Assembly (NCBI RefSeq): GCF_937936315.1
Contig: NZ_CALGWU010000023.1
Span: 53,857-117,856 of the forward strand
Direction: 5' to 3'
DNA: 64,000 bases
Source of the DNA: an uncultured Capnocytophaga sp.
GTDB taxonomy: Bacteria; Bacteroidota; Bacteroidia; Flavobacteriales; Flavobacteriaceae
The notes under the pieces: model-generated
The model's input: the letters and a program-made list of their open reading frames with translations, nothing else
The model's database searches: none
What the model was told of the DNA's origin: nothing
Position numbers and translations under genes: made by a program
In this document: in pieces, positions 50,826 through 60,620 of the stretch
Numbering within the stretch: position 1 is the stretch's first letter
Layout of the letters: each line of letters begins with the position of its first letter

Positions 50826-52513
50826 CGTACCAATTTCTTATACTTAATCCTTGTAGGTGTTACCTCTTTGCCAAGGCGTTTTTTCTTGTTCTCTTCATAT
50901 TCTGAGAAGCTACCTTCAAAGAAATATACTTGCGAGTCGCCCTCAAAAGCTAAAATATGGGTGCAGATACGGTCTAAGAACCAACGGTCGTGCGAGATTA
51001 CTACAGCACAGCCTGCAAAGTTTTCCAACCCTTCCTCTAGGGCGCGTAGGGTATTCACATCCAAATCGTTGGTAGGCTCGTCCAACAGTAATACGTTACC
51101 TTCTTCTTTTAGGGTCATAGCAAGGTGCAAGCGGTTACGTTCGCCTCCCGAGAGGGTCGCTACTTTCTTGTTCTGCTCACTACCGCCAAAGTTAAATCTA
51201 CTTAGGTAAGCACGCGAGTTCACCTGTCTGCCACCCATCATTATCAGGTCTTGTCCGCCTGAGAAGTTCTCCCAAATAGACTTTTCGGGGTCTATCTGCT
51301 TATGAGTTTGGTCTACATAAGCTATTTTTACGGTTTCGCCTACCAAAAACTCACCGCTATCAGGTTTTTCTTCCCCCATAATCATACGGAAAATGGTAGA
51401 TTTACCTGCTCCATTAGGTCCTATTACCCCTACAATACCTGCTTGTGGCAATACAAAATTAAGGTCGTCATATAATAATTTATCACCAAAGGCTTTAGCT
51501 ACGTGACGTGCTTCTATCACGTTGGTTCCTAAACGAGGTCCGTTAGGGATGTATATTTCAAGTTTTTCTTCTAATTGTTTTTGGTCTTCATTGAGCAATC
51601 GGTCGTAGTTCTGCAAACGTGCCTTTTGTTTGGCTTGTCGCCCTTTAGCACCTTGTCGTACCCATTCAAGCTCGCGCTCTAACACCTTTTGGCGTTTGCT
51701 TTCAGTTTTCTGTTCTTGAGCGAGTCGTTTGGCTTTCTGGTCGAGCCAAGACGAGTAGTTACCTTTCCACGGAATTCCTTCTCCGCGGTCGAGCTCCAAT
51801 ATCCAGCCTGCTACATTATCCAAGAAATAACGGTCGTGGGTTACGGCTATCACGGTACCGGCGTACTGTTGCAAGTGTTGTTCTAACCACAATACCGATT
51901 CGGCATCGAGGTGGTTTGTAGGCTCATCAAGTAACAAGACATCGGGTTGTTGCAAGAGTAGACGACAGAGTGCTACCCTACGGCGTTCTCCTCCCGAAAG
52001 CACTTTGATAGGTGTATCAGGCTCAGGGGTGCGGAGGGCTTCCATAGCTACTTCCAGCTGGTTATCGAGTTCCCAAGCGTTTAAGGCATCAATCTTATCT
52101 TGTAGCTCGGCTTGTTTATCCATCAACTTTTGCATCTTATCGGGGTCAGAATAGTTTTCTTCCAAGCCGAAAAGGTCGTTGATATGGTTAAACTCATCGA
52201 GTAGTTTAACGGTTTCGGCTACGCCTTCGCGTACTACCTCTATCACGGTTTTCTCATCATCAAGGTGTGGTTCTTGTTCCAAATACCCTACAGTGTAGTT
52301 AGGAGCGAAAACCACTTCGCCCTGATAGTTTTTATCAATTCCTGCTATAATTTTTAGTAAAGATGACTTACCAGAGCCATTAAGACCTAAAATACCTATT
52401 TTAGCTCCATAAAAGAAACTCAAGTAGATGTCTTTTAGAACTTGTTTATTAGTAGATGAATAGGTTTTGCTTACCTTATTCATCGAAAAAATAATCTTTT
52501 TATCGTCTGCCAT
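50822..52513 (-). CDS. ettA: Energy-dependent translational throttle protein EttA (ABC-F ATPase)
   Basis: Two ABC cassettes (GLNGSGKSS, LSGGERRRV, GPNGAGKST, LSGGERNRL) with the ABC-F arm/linker. Start set at MADDKK. Confidence 0.9.
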   Translation of the reverse strand: MADDKKIIFSMNKVSKTYSSTNKQVLKDIYLSFFYGAKIGILGLNGSGKSSLLKIIAGIDKNYQGEVVFAPNYTVGYLEQEPHLDDEKTVIEVVREGVAETVKLLDEFNHINDLFGLEENYSDPDKMQKLMDKQAELQDKIDALNAWELDNQLEVAMEALRTPEPDTPIKVLSGGERRRVALCRLLLQQPDVLLLDEPTNHLDAESVLWLEQHLQQYAGTVIAVTHDRYFLDNVAGWILELDRGEGIPWKGNYSSWLDQKAKRLAQEQKTESKRQKVLERELEWVRQGAKGRQAKQKARLQNYDRLLNEDQKQLEEKLEIYIPNGPRLGTNVIEARHVAKAFGDKLLYDDLNFVLPQAGIVGVIGPNGAGKSTIFRMIMGEEKPDSGEFLVGETVKIAYVDQTHKQIDPEKSIWENFSGGQDLIMMGGRQVNSRAYLSRFNFGGSEQNKKVATLSGGERNRLHLAMTLKEEGNVLLLDEPTNDLDVNTLRALEEGLENFAGCAVVISHDRWFLDRICTHILAFEGDSQVYFFEGSFSEYEENKKKRLGKEVTPTRIKYKKLVR

Positions 52514-52620
52514 AATGTAATTAGCTAATATAGTGATTAGTAAATTTGGTGCAAAAATAATAAAAAAACTGGTATAGTTCAAAACTACACCAGTTTTTAT
52601 TATCTATGTTATGTGAAATT

Positions 52621-53456
52621 TTAGAATCTAAAGACGCCGCCAATACCTAATACAGTTTCAAAGAAGAAGAAATCGTGTTTAGCTTTATCGGCTATATCGT
52701 AAGTAGTGCGTACGTCGTACATATTGATATAACCACCTTTAAGTTCACCAACTACACGAAAATACTTTAAGAAAGTGAGGTGTAATCCAGCTTTAGCATT
52801 TACTCCTACCCCTGCAATGTGAAATTCGTCGTAACGTTCTTTATTGAGGAGCTTTGTATTAGATTTTGGATATAAAGCGCCAAAACCAAGTCCTTCTGTT
52901 AAGCTCACTTGTAATATATCAGTGTTACGGATGCCAAACAAACGAGAAATATCATCGATACGATCCCCTTCCACTACTACATAGTTGAGTCCGTCAGTAT
53001 GTTCAAAGGTGAGGAAATCCTCGCTGAGCAATTTATCGACATTGTTATATACACCATTGTGTGAAGTGCCAGAACCATTGATATATCCATCCATTTTCAC
53101 AGTTTGCCCGTTTTTCATTACATATTTCATATGGTCTACTCCTATAGAAACAGTGTAATGATCTGAAATGTAATATCCTATGTGAAAATTGGTTTGAGGG
53201 ATAGTCATTCGCAAAGGATTGATATAGTCGATATGCCAACCTTTAGGACGGTCTACCGCTTCAACATCTTTGATGGTAAAATCGTAGCCATTACCAGTGA
53301 AAGTAATATTAGAATTAGAGTACCAGCCGCGATTACCACCCCAGAAGAAGAAGAATTCACCTTTGTTATGAGCAGTGTAAAGTTCTTTAGGCGTTTCTTG
53401 TGAAAAAAATGTTAGGGTGCTCATTCCTAATGCTATAGTGATAAAATTTTTTTCAT
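52621..53456 (-). CDS. Outer-membrane beta-barrel protein. The signal peptide is out of frame in the A7 tract at 53447-53453, so only 52621-53424 is in frame as sequenced.
   Basis: C-terminal IGGVFRF with terminal Phe, and an alternating hydrophobic pattern. An upstream ATG at 53456 plus an A8 tract would give MKKNFITIALGMSTLTFFSQ. Confidence 0.5.
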
Positions 53457-53482
53457 TAATGATTATTTTTAGTTATTGATTT

Positions 53483-54532
53483 TTACAAGATTAGCATTGC
53501 ATCGCCATAAGAATAAAACTTGTATTTTTGTTCTACAGCTTCTTTATAGGCACGCATAATGAGATCGTGACCAGCAAAAGCAGATACCATCATCAGTAAA
53601 GTAGATTTAGGAGTGTGGAAATTAGTGATCATCGCATTGGCAACACTAAAATTGTAAGGAGGGAAAATAAATTTATTTGTCCATCCATCAAATGGATTTA
53701 CGAAGCCATCTGAAGATACTGAACTTTCTAATACACGCATTACAGTTGTCCCTACTGCACATACACGTTTTTTATTTTCTTTAGCAGTATTGATAACTTT
53801 TGTCTGGCTTTCAGGAATATGTATCTCTTCACTATCCATTTTGTGTTTAGAAAGGTCTTCTACCTCCACAGGATTGAAAGTTCCTAAACCAACGTGTAAT
53901 GTTACTTCAGCAAAGTTAATACCTTTAATTTCTAAGCGTTTCATCAAGTGTTTAGAAAAGTGCAGGCCAGCTGTAGGAGCTGCTACAGCACCTTCATGTT
54001 TAGCGTAAATAGTTTGGTAACGCTCTTCGTCTTCAGGTTCTACAGGACGAGAAATGTATTTAGGTAGTGGAGTTTGTCCGAGCTCAGTGAGATGTTGACG
54101 AAACTCTTCATAGGTGCCATCATATAAGAAACGAAGGGTACGACCACGAGAGGTCGTATTGTCGATTACCTCGGCTACTAATTCGGCATTTTTACCAAAG
54201 TAGAGTTTATTGCCTATACGTATTTTGCGAGCAGGATCAACAAGTACATCCCATAAACGTTGTTCAGCGCTCAATTCACGTAATAAAAAAACTTCTATTT
54301 TTGCTTTAGTTTTTTCTTTATTACCATATAAGCGAGCTGGGAATACTTTGGTGTTGTTGAGTACAAACACATCGCCATCATCAAAATAATCAATTACATC
54401 TTTGAACGACTTGTGTTCAATTTCTCCTGTTTTGCGATGTACCACCATTAGGCGAGCTTCATCGCGGTTTTCGCTGGGATATTCAGCTAATAACTCTTTA
54501 GGAAGATCAAAATTAAAGTTTGAAAGTTTCAT
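53483..54532 (-). CDS. queA: S-adenosylmethionine:tRNA ribosyltransferase-isomerase
   Basis: [19 protein letters not shown]...RDEARLMV is the QueA N-terminal signature. Full-length match. Confidence 0.92.
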   Translation of the reverse strand: MKLSNFNFDLPKELLAEYPSENRDEARLMVVHRKTGEIEHKSFKDVIDYFDDGDVFVLNNTKVFPARLYGNKEKTKAKIEVFLLRELSAEQRLWDVLVDPARKIRIGNKLYFGKNAELVAEVIDNTTSRGRTLRFLYDGTYEEFRQHLTELGQTPLPKYISRPVEPEDEERYQTIYAKHEGAVAAPTAGLHFSKHLMKRLEIKGINFAEVTLHVGLGTFNPVEVEDLSKHKMDSEEIHIPESQTKVINTAKENKKRVCAVGTTVMRVLESSVSSDGFVNPFDGWTNKFIFPPYNFSVANAMITNFHTPKSTLLMMVSAFAGHDLIMRAYKEAVEQKYKFYSYGDAMLIL

Positions 54533-54558
54533 ATATTTTCTACAAAATTATTGTTAGT

Positions 54559-55122
54559 TTATAAACGGTATCCCACACCTATGGCTATGTGCCCATATTT
54601 ATAATTATCACTTGGGATACCTTCTTTTCTTTTAGCATTAGGAATATAGAAGTTGATATCTACACTACCTATAAATCTTTTCCACTCACCATAACCTCCT
54701 AAAAACAAGCGTGCATTTATCCCTTTTGCATCTCCAAAGTTGATGTTAGGACCTATACCTACTTGCAAACCATTAGTTTTGTGCATTCCACCTAAAATAT
54801 AGAGAAAAGATACTTGATGAATATGATTATAACGATCGTAATCATCATTTTGTTGAGTTTGCAGGAAAGTATAATCTACACGAGTACTAAATTTAGACAA
54901 TCGTCCATACTTTTCAGCATCATATCTATCGGCTTGAACATATACATTTATATGTGGGCGAAAAGATAAAGAAGTTGATGAAGAAGAGTCGTTATCTGGT
55001 TTTTCTCGGTTATTATATAAAAAAGGAAGTTGCGCTCCTATAACAAAATTGTTTTTAAGAGTTTGTGCCTGAGAAATAAAGGTGAATAGGGAAAATAAAA
55101 AAAGAAAATAAACTTTGTTCAT
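54559..55122 (-). CDS. Small outer-membrane beta-barrel protein (OmpW/porin-like)
   Basis: Signal peptide and a beta-strand pattern ending GVGYRL. Confidence 0.45.
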   Translation of the reverse strand: MNKVYFLFLFSLFTFISQAQTLKNNFVIGAQLPFLYNNREKPDNDSSSSTSLSFRPHINVYVQADRYDAEKYGRLSKFSTRVDYTFLQTQQNDDYDRYNHIHQVSFLYILGGMHKTNGLQVGIGPNINFGDAKGINARLFLGGYGEWKRFIGSVDINFYIPNAKRKEGIPSDNYKYGHIAIGVGYRL

Positions 55123-55159
55123 TTCTTTATAAAAAAGCTATTGTGTAAAAAGAAAAAAG

Positions 55160-55232
55160 TCGGGATGACTGGACTCGAACCAGCGACCACACGCACCCCA
55201 TACGTGTACGCTACCAACTGCGCCACATCCCG
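55160..55232 (-). tRNA. tRNA-Pro (anticodon GGG)
   Basis: Reverse-complement cloverleaf: CGGGATG acceptor, anticodon loop ATGGGGT, T-loop GGTTCGAGTCC. Confidence 0.8.
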
Positions 55233-55475
55233 ATTTTTATTTTTCAGTGTGCAAAAGTATTACTTTTTGTCGAAACTACCAAATAAATAAAAACAAAAAA
55301 TTTATCTATGCAATTTATTTGTCTGATAATCTGAATCTATGATTTATGTATTATAATTATATTAGCAAATTTATAGAGTTGTTTTATCTATTTCTCTCAA
55401 TATTCAAAATACAAATTAACTTTTTTAAAATATAAAATATTTCGGATTCTTTATTCCGTATTCACAATTATTTTA

Positions 55476-55483
55476 TAATTTTG
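55476..55483 (+). promoter_or_regulatory. -7 box TAATTTTG upstream of mgtE
   Basis: TAnnTTTG lies 25 nt before the ATG. Confidence 0.4.
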
Positions 55484-55507
55484 CAAAAATAGAATTTAGG
55501 AGATAAT

Positions 55508-56863
55508 ATGACAACTTTTAAGATAACAGATGAGCTCATTGAAAAGATTCAGCAACTCATTGAACAAAAACAAAATAAAGAACTAACAACCCTCCTAAGT
55601 GATTTGCACTATGCTGATATAGCAGAAATCATTCACGAATTAGATACTGAAGAGGGAGTATATATTATTCGTCTTATAGATGCACAAAAAACATCGGATG
55701 TACTCACTGAATTAGACGATGATTACCGCGAAAATATCTTAAAAAATCTTTCAGCAAAAGAAATTGCTGATGAAATTATCGAGTTAGACACCGACGATGC
55801 TGTAGATATCATTTCTGAACTGCCAGAAGATAGAAAAACAGAAGTTATTTCGCATATCAAGGATGTAGAACATGCAAAAGATATCGTAGATTTGCTTCGT
55901 TATGATGAAGATACTGCTGGGGGACTAATGGCGAAGGAGCTCGTAAAGGTAAATGAGAATTGGAATGTACTCAAATGTGTGAAAGAAATGCGAGAACAAG
56001 CGGCTCATGTTACTCGTGTACATTCTATTTATGTGGTAGATGATAATGATGTGCTAAAAGGCAGACTTTCACTTAAAGATTTGCTTACTACTTCCACACG
56101 ATCAGAAGTGAAAGATATTTATATTCCAAAAGTAGACTACGTATATGTTACTGATACTGCTGAAGAAGTAGCTCACATAATGAGTAAGTATGACTTAGAA
56201 GCCATTCCTGTAGTGGATGAGATGAAACGCCTTGTAGGACGTATCACTATTGATGACGTGGTGGATGTAATTAGAGAAGAAGCTGAAAAAGACTATCAAT
56301 TAGCAGCGGGTATCACCAATGATGTAGAGGCAGATGATAATATATGGAAACTCACTAAAGCGCGCTTGCCTTGGTTACTTATTGGAATGTTTGGAGGATT
56401 AGGAGCAGCGAGTATTATCAATGGTTTTCAGGATACGATGATGGTTTACCCTATATTATTGATATTCATTCCGCTTATTCAAGCTACTGCGGGAAATGTG
56501 GGGGTACAATCATCAGCGATAATAGTACAAGGGTTGGCGAATAATTCTATCGATGGCGAACTTATCAAGCGATTGCTTAAAGAATTTCTATTAGGACTCA
56601 TCAACGGGGGAACTATTGCAGGAATAGTGATATTAGTAAGCCATTTTGCTTTTAAAGCTGAATATTTGGTAAGTATTACAGTAGCCATAGCACTCATAAC
56701 AGTGATTGTAAATGCTGCTGTGATAGGTACTTTTATTCCGATACTTCTCCACAAACGCGGTATTGACCCAGCGGTTGCTACGGGTCCATTTATCACTACC
56801 AGCAACGATGTTTTGGGTATTTTGATTTACTTTTTTATTGCAAAAATGATATTAGGGTTTTAA
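55508..56863 (+). CDS. mgtE: Magnesium transporter MgtE
   Basis: MgtE N-domain, tandem CBS domains, and a C-terminal five-TM MgtE channel domain. Confidence 0.9.
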   Translation: MTTFKITDELIEKIQQLIEQKQNKELTTLLSDLHYADIAEIIHELDTEEGVYIIRLIDAQKTSDVLTELDDDYRENILKNLSAKEIADEIIELDTDDAVDIISELPEDRKTEVISHIKDVEHAKDIVDLLRYDEDTAGGLMAKELVKVNENWNVLKCVKEMREQAAHVTRVHSIYVVDDNDVLKGRLSLKDLLTTSTRSEVKDIYIPKVDYVYVTDTAEEVAHIMSKYDLEAIPVVDEMKRLVGRITIDDVVDVIREEAEKDYQLAAGITNDVEADDNIWKLTKARLPWLLIGMFGGLGAASIINGFQDTMMVYPILLIFIPLIQATAGNVGVQSSAIIVQGLANNSIDGELIKRLLKEFLLGLINGGTIAGIVILVSHFAFKAEYLVSITVAIALITVIVNAAVIGTFIPILLHKRGIDPAVATGPFITTSNDVLGILIYFFIAKMILGF

Positions 56864-56904
56864 AACAACCTTTATTTGTTTTTCAATATTCACTTTTTGT
56901 TATT

Positions 56905-58119
56905 TTACACTACTTCTGCAACTACAAAAGTGCTTCCTCCTACAAAGATAAAGTCGGTAGGAAGCGCTTGTGCTTTAGCGACATTTAAGGCTTCTGCAAC
57001 TGAAGAATACGCCTCTCCTTGTAGTCCTTTTGCAGTAGCAATTTCCTTTAATGTGTTGACATTAAGCCCTCTTGCAATAGCAGGACTACAAAAATAATAG
57101 GTAGCTTCTTTTGGAAAAAGTTCTAAAACACTATTTACATTTTTTTCCTTTACAAAACCTACAACTATATGAAGGTGTGTATAGGTTTGCTTTTTGAGTT
57201 GTTTCATCACATAAGTAAGTCCGCCCACATTATGTCCTGTATCACATACTATAGTAGGGTAAGAACTAAGGGTTTGCCAACGACCTTTTAGGTTTGTATT
57301 GCGCACTACATGTAGAAGTCCTTGTGCAATATTCTCTGAAGTAATATCCCACCCTTGGTGAATAAGCAATTCAATAACAGCTATTACTCCTTTAATGTTT
57401 TTCTCTTGGTAAGCACCTTGCAAGTCGGTTGTAAGAGAAGTTTCTATGTGATTGGCAAAAATAATAGGAGCCTTCATTTCTTTAGCTCTTGCTGTGAAGA
57501 CGGGAGCTGTTTCCTCTTGATATTCACTGATTACTACAGGTACATTTTGTTTGATAATACCAGCTTTTTCAAAAGCTATTTTAGGCAATGTATCTCCTAA
57601 AATATCTGTATGATCTTTGGAAATATTAGTAATAAGAGAAACTTCAGGAGAGATGATATTAGTGGAATCAAAACGACCTCCTAAGCCTACCTCTATTACA
57701 GCAATATCTACATTTTCTTTAGCAAAATAGCTGAAAGCCATTCCTACAGTCATTTCAAAAAATGATAGAGAATGTTCTTCCAAGAAAGGTCTGTTTTCAG
57801 TTATAAAATTCACCACATACTCTTCAGGGATTTCTTTTCCATCAATTTTAATGCGCTCACGGAAGTCTTTGAGATGAGGAGAAGTATATAATCCTACCTT
57901 ATATCCTGCCTCTTGCAAAATAGAGGCGAGCATACTACTAGAAGAGCCTTTGCCGTTAGTACCAGCAATATGCAAACTTTTAAATTTTGTTTGAGGGTTT
58001 CCTAATGCCAAAGTGAAGGCGAGGATATTATCTAATTTGTTGTTCAAAGCAATTCTACCTTGTGTTTGAAACATTGGTAAACGGTTGAACATCCACGAAA
58101 GAGTTTCTTGATAATTCAA
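56905..58119 (-). CDS. folC: Bifunctional folylpolyglutamate synthase/dihydrofolate synthase
   Basis: Mur-ligase P-loop GTNGKGS and the folC-specific N-terminal region. Confidence 0.88.
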   Translation of the reverse strand: MNYQETLSWMFNRLPMFQTQGRIALNNKLDNILAFTLALGNPQTKFKSLHIAGTNGKGSSSSMLASILQEAGYKVGLYTSPHLKDFRERIKIDGKEIPEEYVVNFITENRPFLEEHSLSFFEMTVGMAFSYFAKENVDIAVIEVGLGGRFDSTNIISPEVSLITNISKDHTDILGDTLPKIAFEKAGIIKQNVPVVISEYQEETAPVFTARAKEMKAPIIFANHIETSLTTDLQGAYQEKNIKGVIAVIELLIHQGWDITSENIAQGLLHVVRNTNLKGRWQTLSSYPTIVCDTGHNVGGLTYVMKQLKKQTYTHLHIVVGFVKEKNVNSVLELFPKEATYYFCSPAIARGLNVNTLKEIATAKGLQGEAYSSVAEALNVAKAQALPTDFIFVGGSTFVVAEVV

Positions 58120-58215
58120 TGTAAAAGATAGTTTTTAGTTGTTGTACAATCAAAAATGAGATAATTAGTTATAGTATAACCATTATCTCATTCTTGTTAA
58201 ATATTAATTGATTTT

Positions 58216-59043
58216 TTATTCTCCAAGTTTAAAGTTAATAACAATAAAACCTATTTGTCGTGCAGGTGCATTGTCATCAGCATTCCATCGATGCATAGCA
58301 GCTGTTTTTCGAGCAGCTTCTAATAAACAAGGAGCTGAATTAGTAGTTCCTTTTACACCTGCTGTAGCTTTCACTACTTTACCACTGCGGTCTACTTCTA
58401 TCTGTACAACTACACGTCCTTCCTCATTACAGTTTTGAGGTACTTTACCTTGTGAAGCGATAGAGCGACCATTGAGTCCCCAGCCTTTACCTGAACCACT
58501 ACCTCCACCTGATCCATAGTAAGAATTAGCATACTGACTTCCATCTATCTGTCCTTGATAGCCAGGTTGGTTGCCATCGCCTTGTCCAGCGGTACCGCTA
58601 CCTCCAGCATTAGCAGCTCCTAAAATATTAGAAAGTGCATCTGAGGTTTCTCGTGAAGGCTTAGGAGCAGGTTTAGGCGATTCTTTAGGAGGGTCTTTTT
58701 TAGGAGTTTCTTTCTTCTTTTCTTTCTTTTTAGGTACTTCAGGTACAGAAACTTCCTCATTGTTGTCTTGAGCCAAAAGGTTTTCTTTCACCTCTTGTGA
58801 AGTACTCTCTTCCGGCTGAGTTTGTGGTTGAGTTTGATTTTGCTCTTGTTTGGCAGCACTTGGTGGGGGCGTACGCTCTCCCATTCCTATTTCATCTACC
58901 CCATAGATAACTTCTACACCTTTCTCTGGGGGAGGATCTAAGTACTTCATTCCTGCAAAAAATAGGATAAAGATTACCAAACACATCACGACAGTAGTGA
59001 GTGCTAAGGCTTTACGTTTATGTTCTGTATCCAATAAATTCAT
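58216..59043 (-). CDS. tonB: Energy transducer TonB
   Basis: N-terminal TM anchor, Pro/Lys/Glu-rich spacer (PKKDPPKESPKPAPKP), and C-terminal TonB domain. Confidence 0.8.
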   Translation of the reverse strand: MNLLDTEHKRKALALTTVVMCLVIFILFFAGMKYLDPPPEKGVEVIYGVDEIGMGERTPPPSAAKQEQNQTQPQTQPEESTSQEVKENLLAQDNNEEVSVPEVPKKKEKKKETPKKDPPKESPKPAPKPSRETSDALSNILGAANAGGSGTAGQGDGNQPGYQGQIDGSQYANSYYGSGGGSGSGKGWGLNGRSIASQGKVPQNCNEEGRVVVQIEVDRSGKVVKATAGVKGTTNSAPCLLEAARKTAAMHRWNADDNAPARQIGFIVINFKLGE

Positions 59044-59051
59044 ATACTTTT

Positions 59052-59438
59052 CTATTTCGGACGTACAGCCAAAATAACCTTAAATTGGTTTTGATTTGCT
59101 ACATCCATCACAGTTACCGCATTTTCAATAGGCACACTTTCTTCTACACGCAAAATAATAGTAGGGTTTTCTACTCCTTTGAGTGCTGATTTAAGTTCTG
59201 TATCAAGATTTTCTACTGAAATAGGTTTCTTGTCAATAAAAAAATTTAAATCTTTGTCTATGTTCACAGAAACATTTTGTATATTTGTACTTTTCCCTTT
59301 TGCTTTAGGTAATAGTAAATCAAGCGCATTAGGGCTGTTGGAAGTAATCATAAAAAATACTAACAACAAGAATACGATGTCCGTCATAGACGACATACTG
59401 AACTCTGGACTTACTTTGTTTCTACCTTTTAATTTCAT
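59052..59438 (-). CDS. exbD: Biopolymer transport protein ExbD/TolR
   Basis: Single TM helix (DIVFLLLVFFMI) and a periplasmic domain. Confidence 0.85.
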   Translation of the reverse strand: MKLKGRNKVSPEFSMSSMTDIVFLLLVFFMITSNSPNALDLLLPKAKGKSTNIQNVSVNIDKDLNFFIDKKPISVENLDTELKSALKGVENPTIILRVEESVPIENAVTVMDVANQNQFKVILAVRPK

Positions 59439-59464
59439 AATTGTATAAGTAGTTTTTTTGAAAC

Positions 59465-60163
59465 CTATAGAGGTTCGTTCAACAAGTCTAAGAATTCAAC
59501 TGCATTGGCTTCCATTAGGTGTACCACTTTGTCAGTTTTTACTACTAGGTGGTTGTAGCCTACATAAGCGATAATCCCAACAATAAGCCCCGCTACAGTA
59601 GTAGCCATAGCTGTATAAATACCACTAGCTAATGATCCCATCTCTGCTTGTCCACCTGCAGATGCCATCTCGTGGAACGATAAAATCATGCCAACAACCG
59701 TACCTAAGAATCCAATCATAGGTCCTGCACCTGCAATAGTAGCTAAAATAGCAGTGTTCTTTTCAAGTTTATATACTTCTAAAGTACCTGCGTTTTCAAT
59801 AGCCTTGTTGATATCTTCAAGTGGTTTTCCTATGCGTGACACTCCTTTTTCAATAAGACGTGCTACAGGGGTATTGGATTGCACACAAAGCATTTTAGCA
59901 GCATCCAAACGTCCCGCTGAGATACAATCACGTATCTTATACATAAAAGTTTTATCCACCTTAGAAGCTGCTTTAATGGCAAACAACCGCTCAAAATAGA
60001 GGAAAAGAGCCACAGCAAGCATAATAAAAAGAACAGCAATAATAATAATGCTACCTGTACCACCATCTACAATAATATCCATTATAGAAAGTGTTTTTTC
60101 TTGTACAGGAACAGTGTCGGTCGCAGTTGTAGCAACATCTACAGAAGTTTGTAATCCTAACAT
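59465..60163 (-). CDS. exbB: MotA/TolQ/ExbB proton channel
   Basis: Three TM helices and the conserved MotA_ExbB core. Confidence 0.85.
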   Translation of the reverse strand: MLGLQTSVDVATTATDTVPVQEKTLSIMDIIVDGGTGSIIIIAVLFIMLAVALFLYFERLFAIKAASKVDKTFMYKIRDCISAGRLDAAKMLCVQSNTPVARLIEKGVSRIGKPLEDINKAIENAGTLEVYKLEKNTAILATIAGAGPMIGFLGTVVGMILSFHEMASAGGQAEMGSLASGIYTAMATTVAGLIVGIIAYVGYNHLVVKTDKVVHLMEANAVEFLDLLNEPL

Positions 60164-60203
60164 ATTTTCTTAGTTTTCTGTTTATAATTTTTGTAAAAGT
60201 AAA

Positions 60204-60232
60204 AAAGCTACTCAGTATCCGAGTAGCTTTTA
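60204..60232 (-). terminator. Rho-independent terminator after the tRNA-Val array (minus strand)
   Basis: AAAAGCTACTC-N8-GAGTAGCTTTT with a T-run on the minus strand. Confidence 0.55.
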
Positions 60233-60233
60233 G

Positions 60234-60308
60234 TGGACTCTACTGGATTCGAACCAGTGACCCTCTGCTTGTAAGGCAGATGCTCTGAACCAGCTGAGCT
60301 AAGAACCC
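60234..60308 (-). tRNA. tRNA-Val (anticodon TAC), copy 1
   Basis: GGGTTCT acceptor, anticodon loop CTTACAA, T-loop GGTTCGAATCC. The 3' acceptor is AGAGTCC, with G-U pairs. Confidence 0.8.
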
Positions 60309-60350
60309 TAACATTAAATTGTAATTAACTTTGAAAAAACTAAACAAAAG

Positions 60351-60425
60351 TGGGTCCTACTGGATTCGAACCAGTGACCCTCTGCTTGTAAGGCAGATGC
60401 TCTGAACCAGCTGAGCTAAGAACCC
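60351..60425 (-). tRNA. tRNA-Val (anticodon TAC), copy 2
   Basis: Identical body to copy 1. Acceptor 3' strand is AGGACCC. Confidence 0.85.
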
Positions 60426-60467
60426 TAACATTAAATTGTAATTAACTTTGAAAAAACTAAACAAAAG

Positions 60468-60542
60468 TGGGTCCTACTGGATTCGAACCAGTGACCCTCT
60501 GCTTGTAAGGCAGATGCTCTGAACCAGCTGAGCTAAGAACCC
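60468..60542 (-). tRNA. tRNA-Val (anticodon TAC), copy 3
   Basis: Identical to copy 2. 117-bp repeat period. Confidence 0.85.
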
Positions 60543-60561
60543 TTATGTTTTAAATCGGGTG

Positions 60562-60569
60562 CAAAGGTA
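60562..60569 (-). promoter_or_regulatory. -7 box (TACCTTTG on the minus strand) driving the tRNA-Val array and probably exbB-exbD-tonB-folC
   Basis: Reverse complement of GCAAAGGTAC gives GTACCTTTGC about 20 nt upstream of tRNA copy 3. Confidence 0.5.
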
Positions 60570-60620
60570 CTACTTTTTTTGAAACCTCCAAATTTTTTCG
60601 TGAAAAAAATAAAAAAATAT

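Noticed and set aside
55233-55507. Possible M-box (Mg2+) riboswitch in the 275-nt region upstream of mgtE.
   Set aside because: The region is extremely AT-rich and shows none of the GC-rich paired helices or conserved M-box core. A promoter box 25 nt from the ATG leaves little leader.
60234-60542. Regular 117-bp direct repeats that could be mistaken for a CRISPR array.
   Set aside because: Each repeat unit folds into a complete tRNA-Val(TAC) cloverleaf and the spacers are identical, so this is a tandem tRNA gene array.
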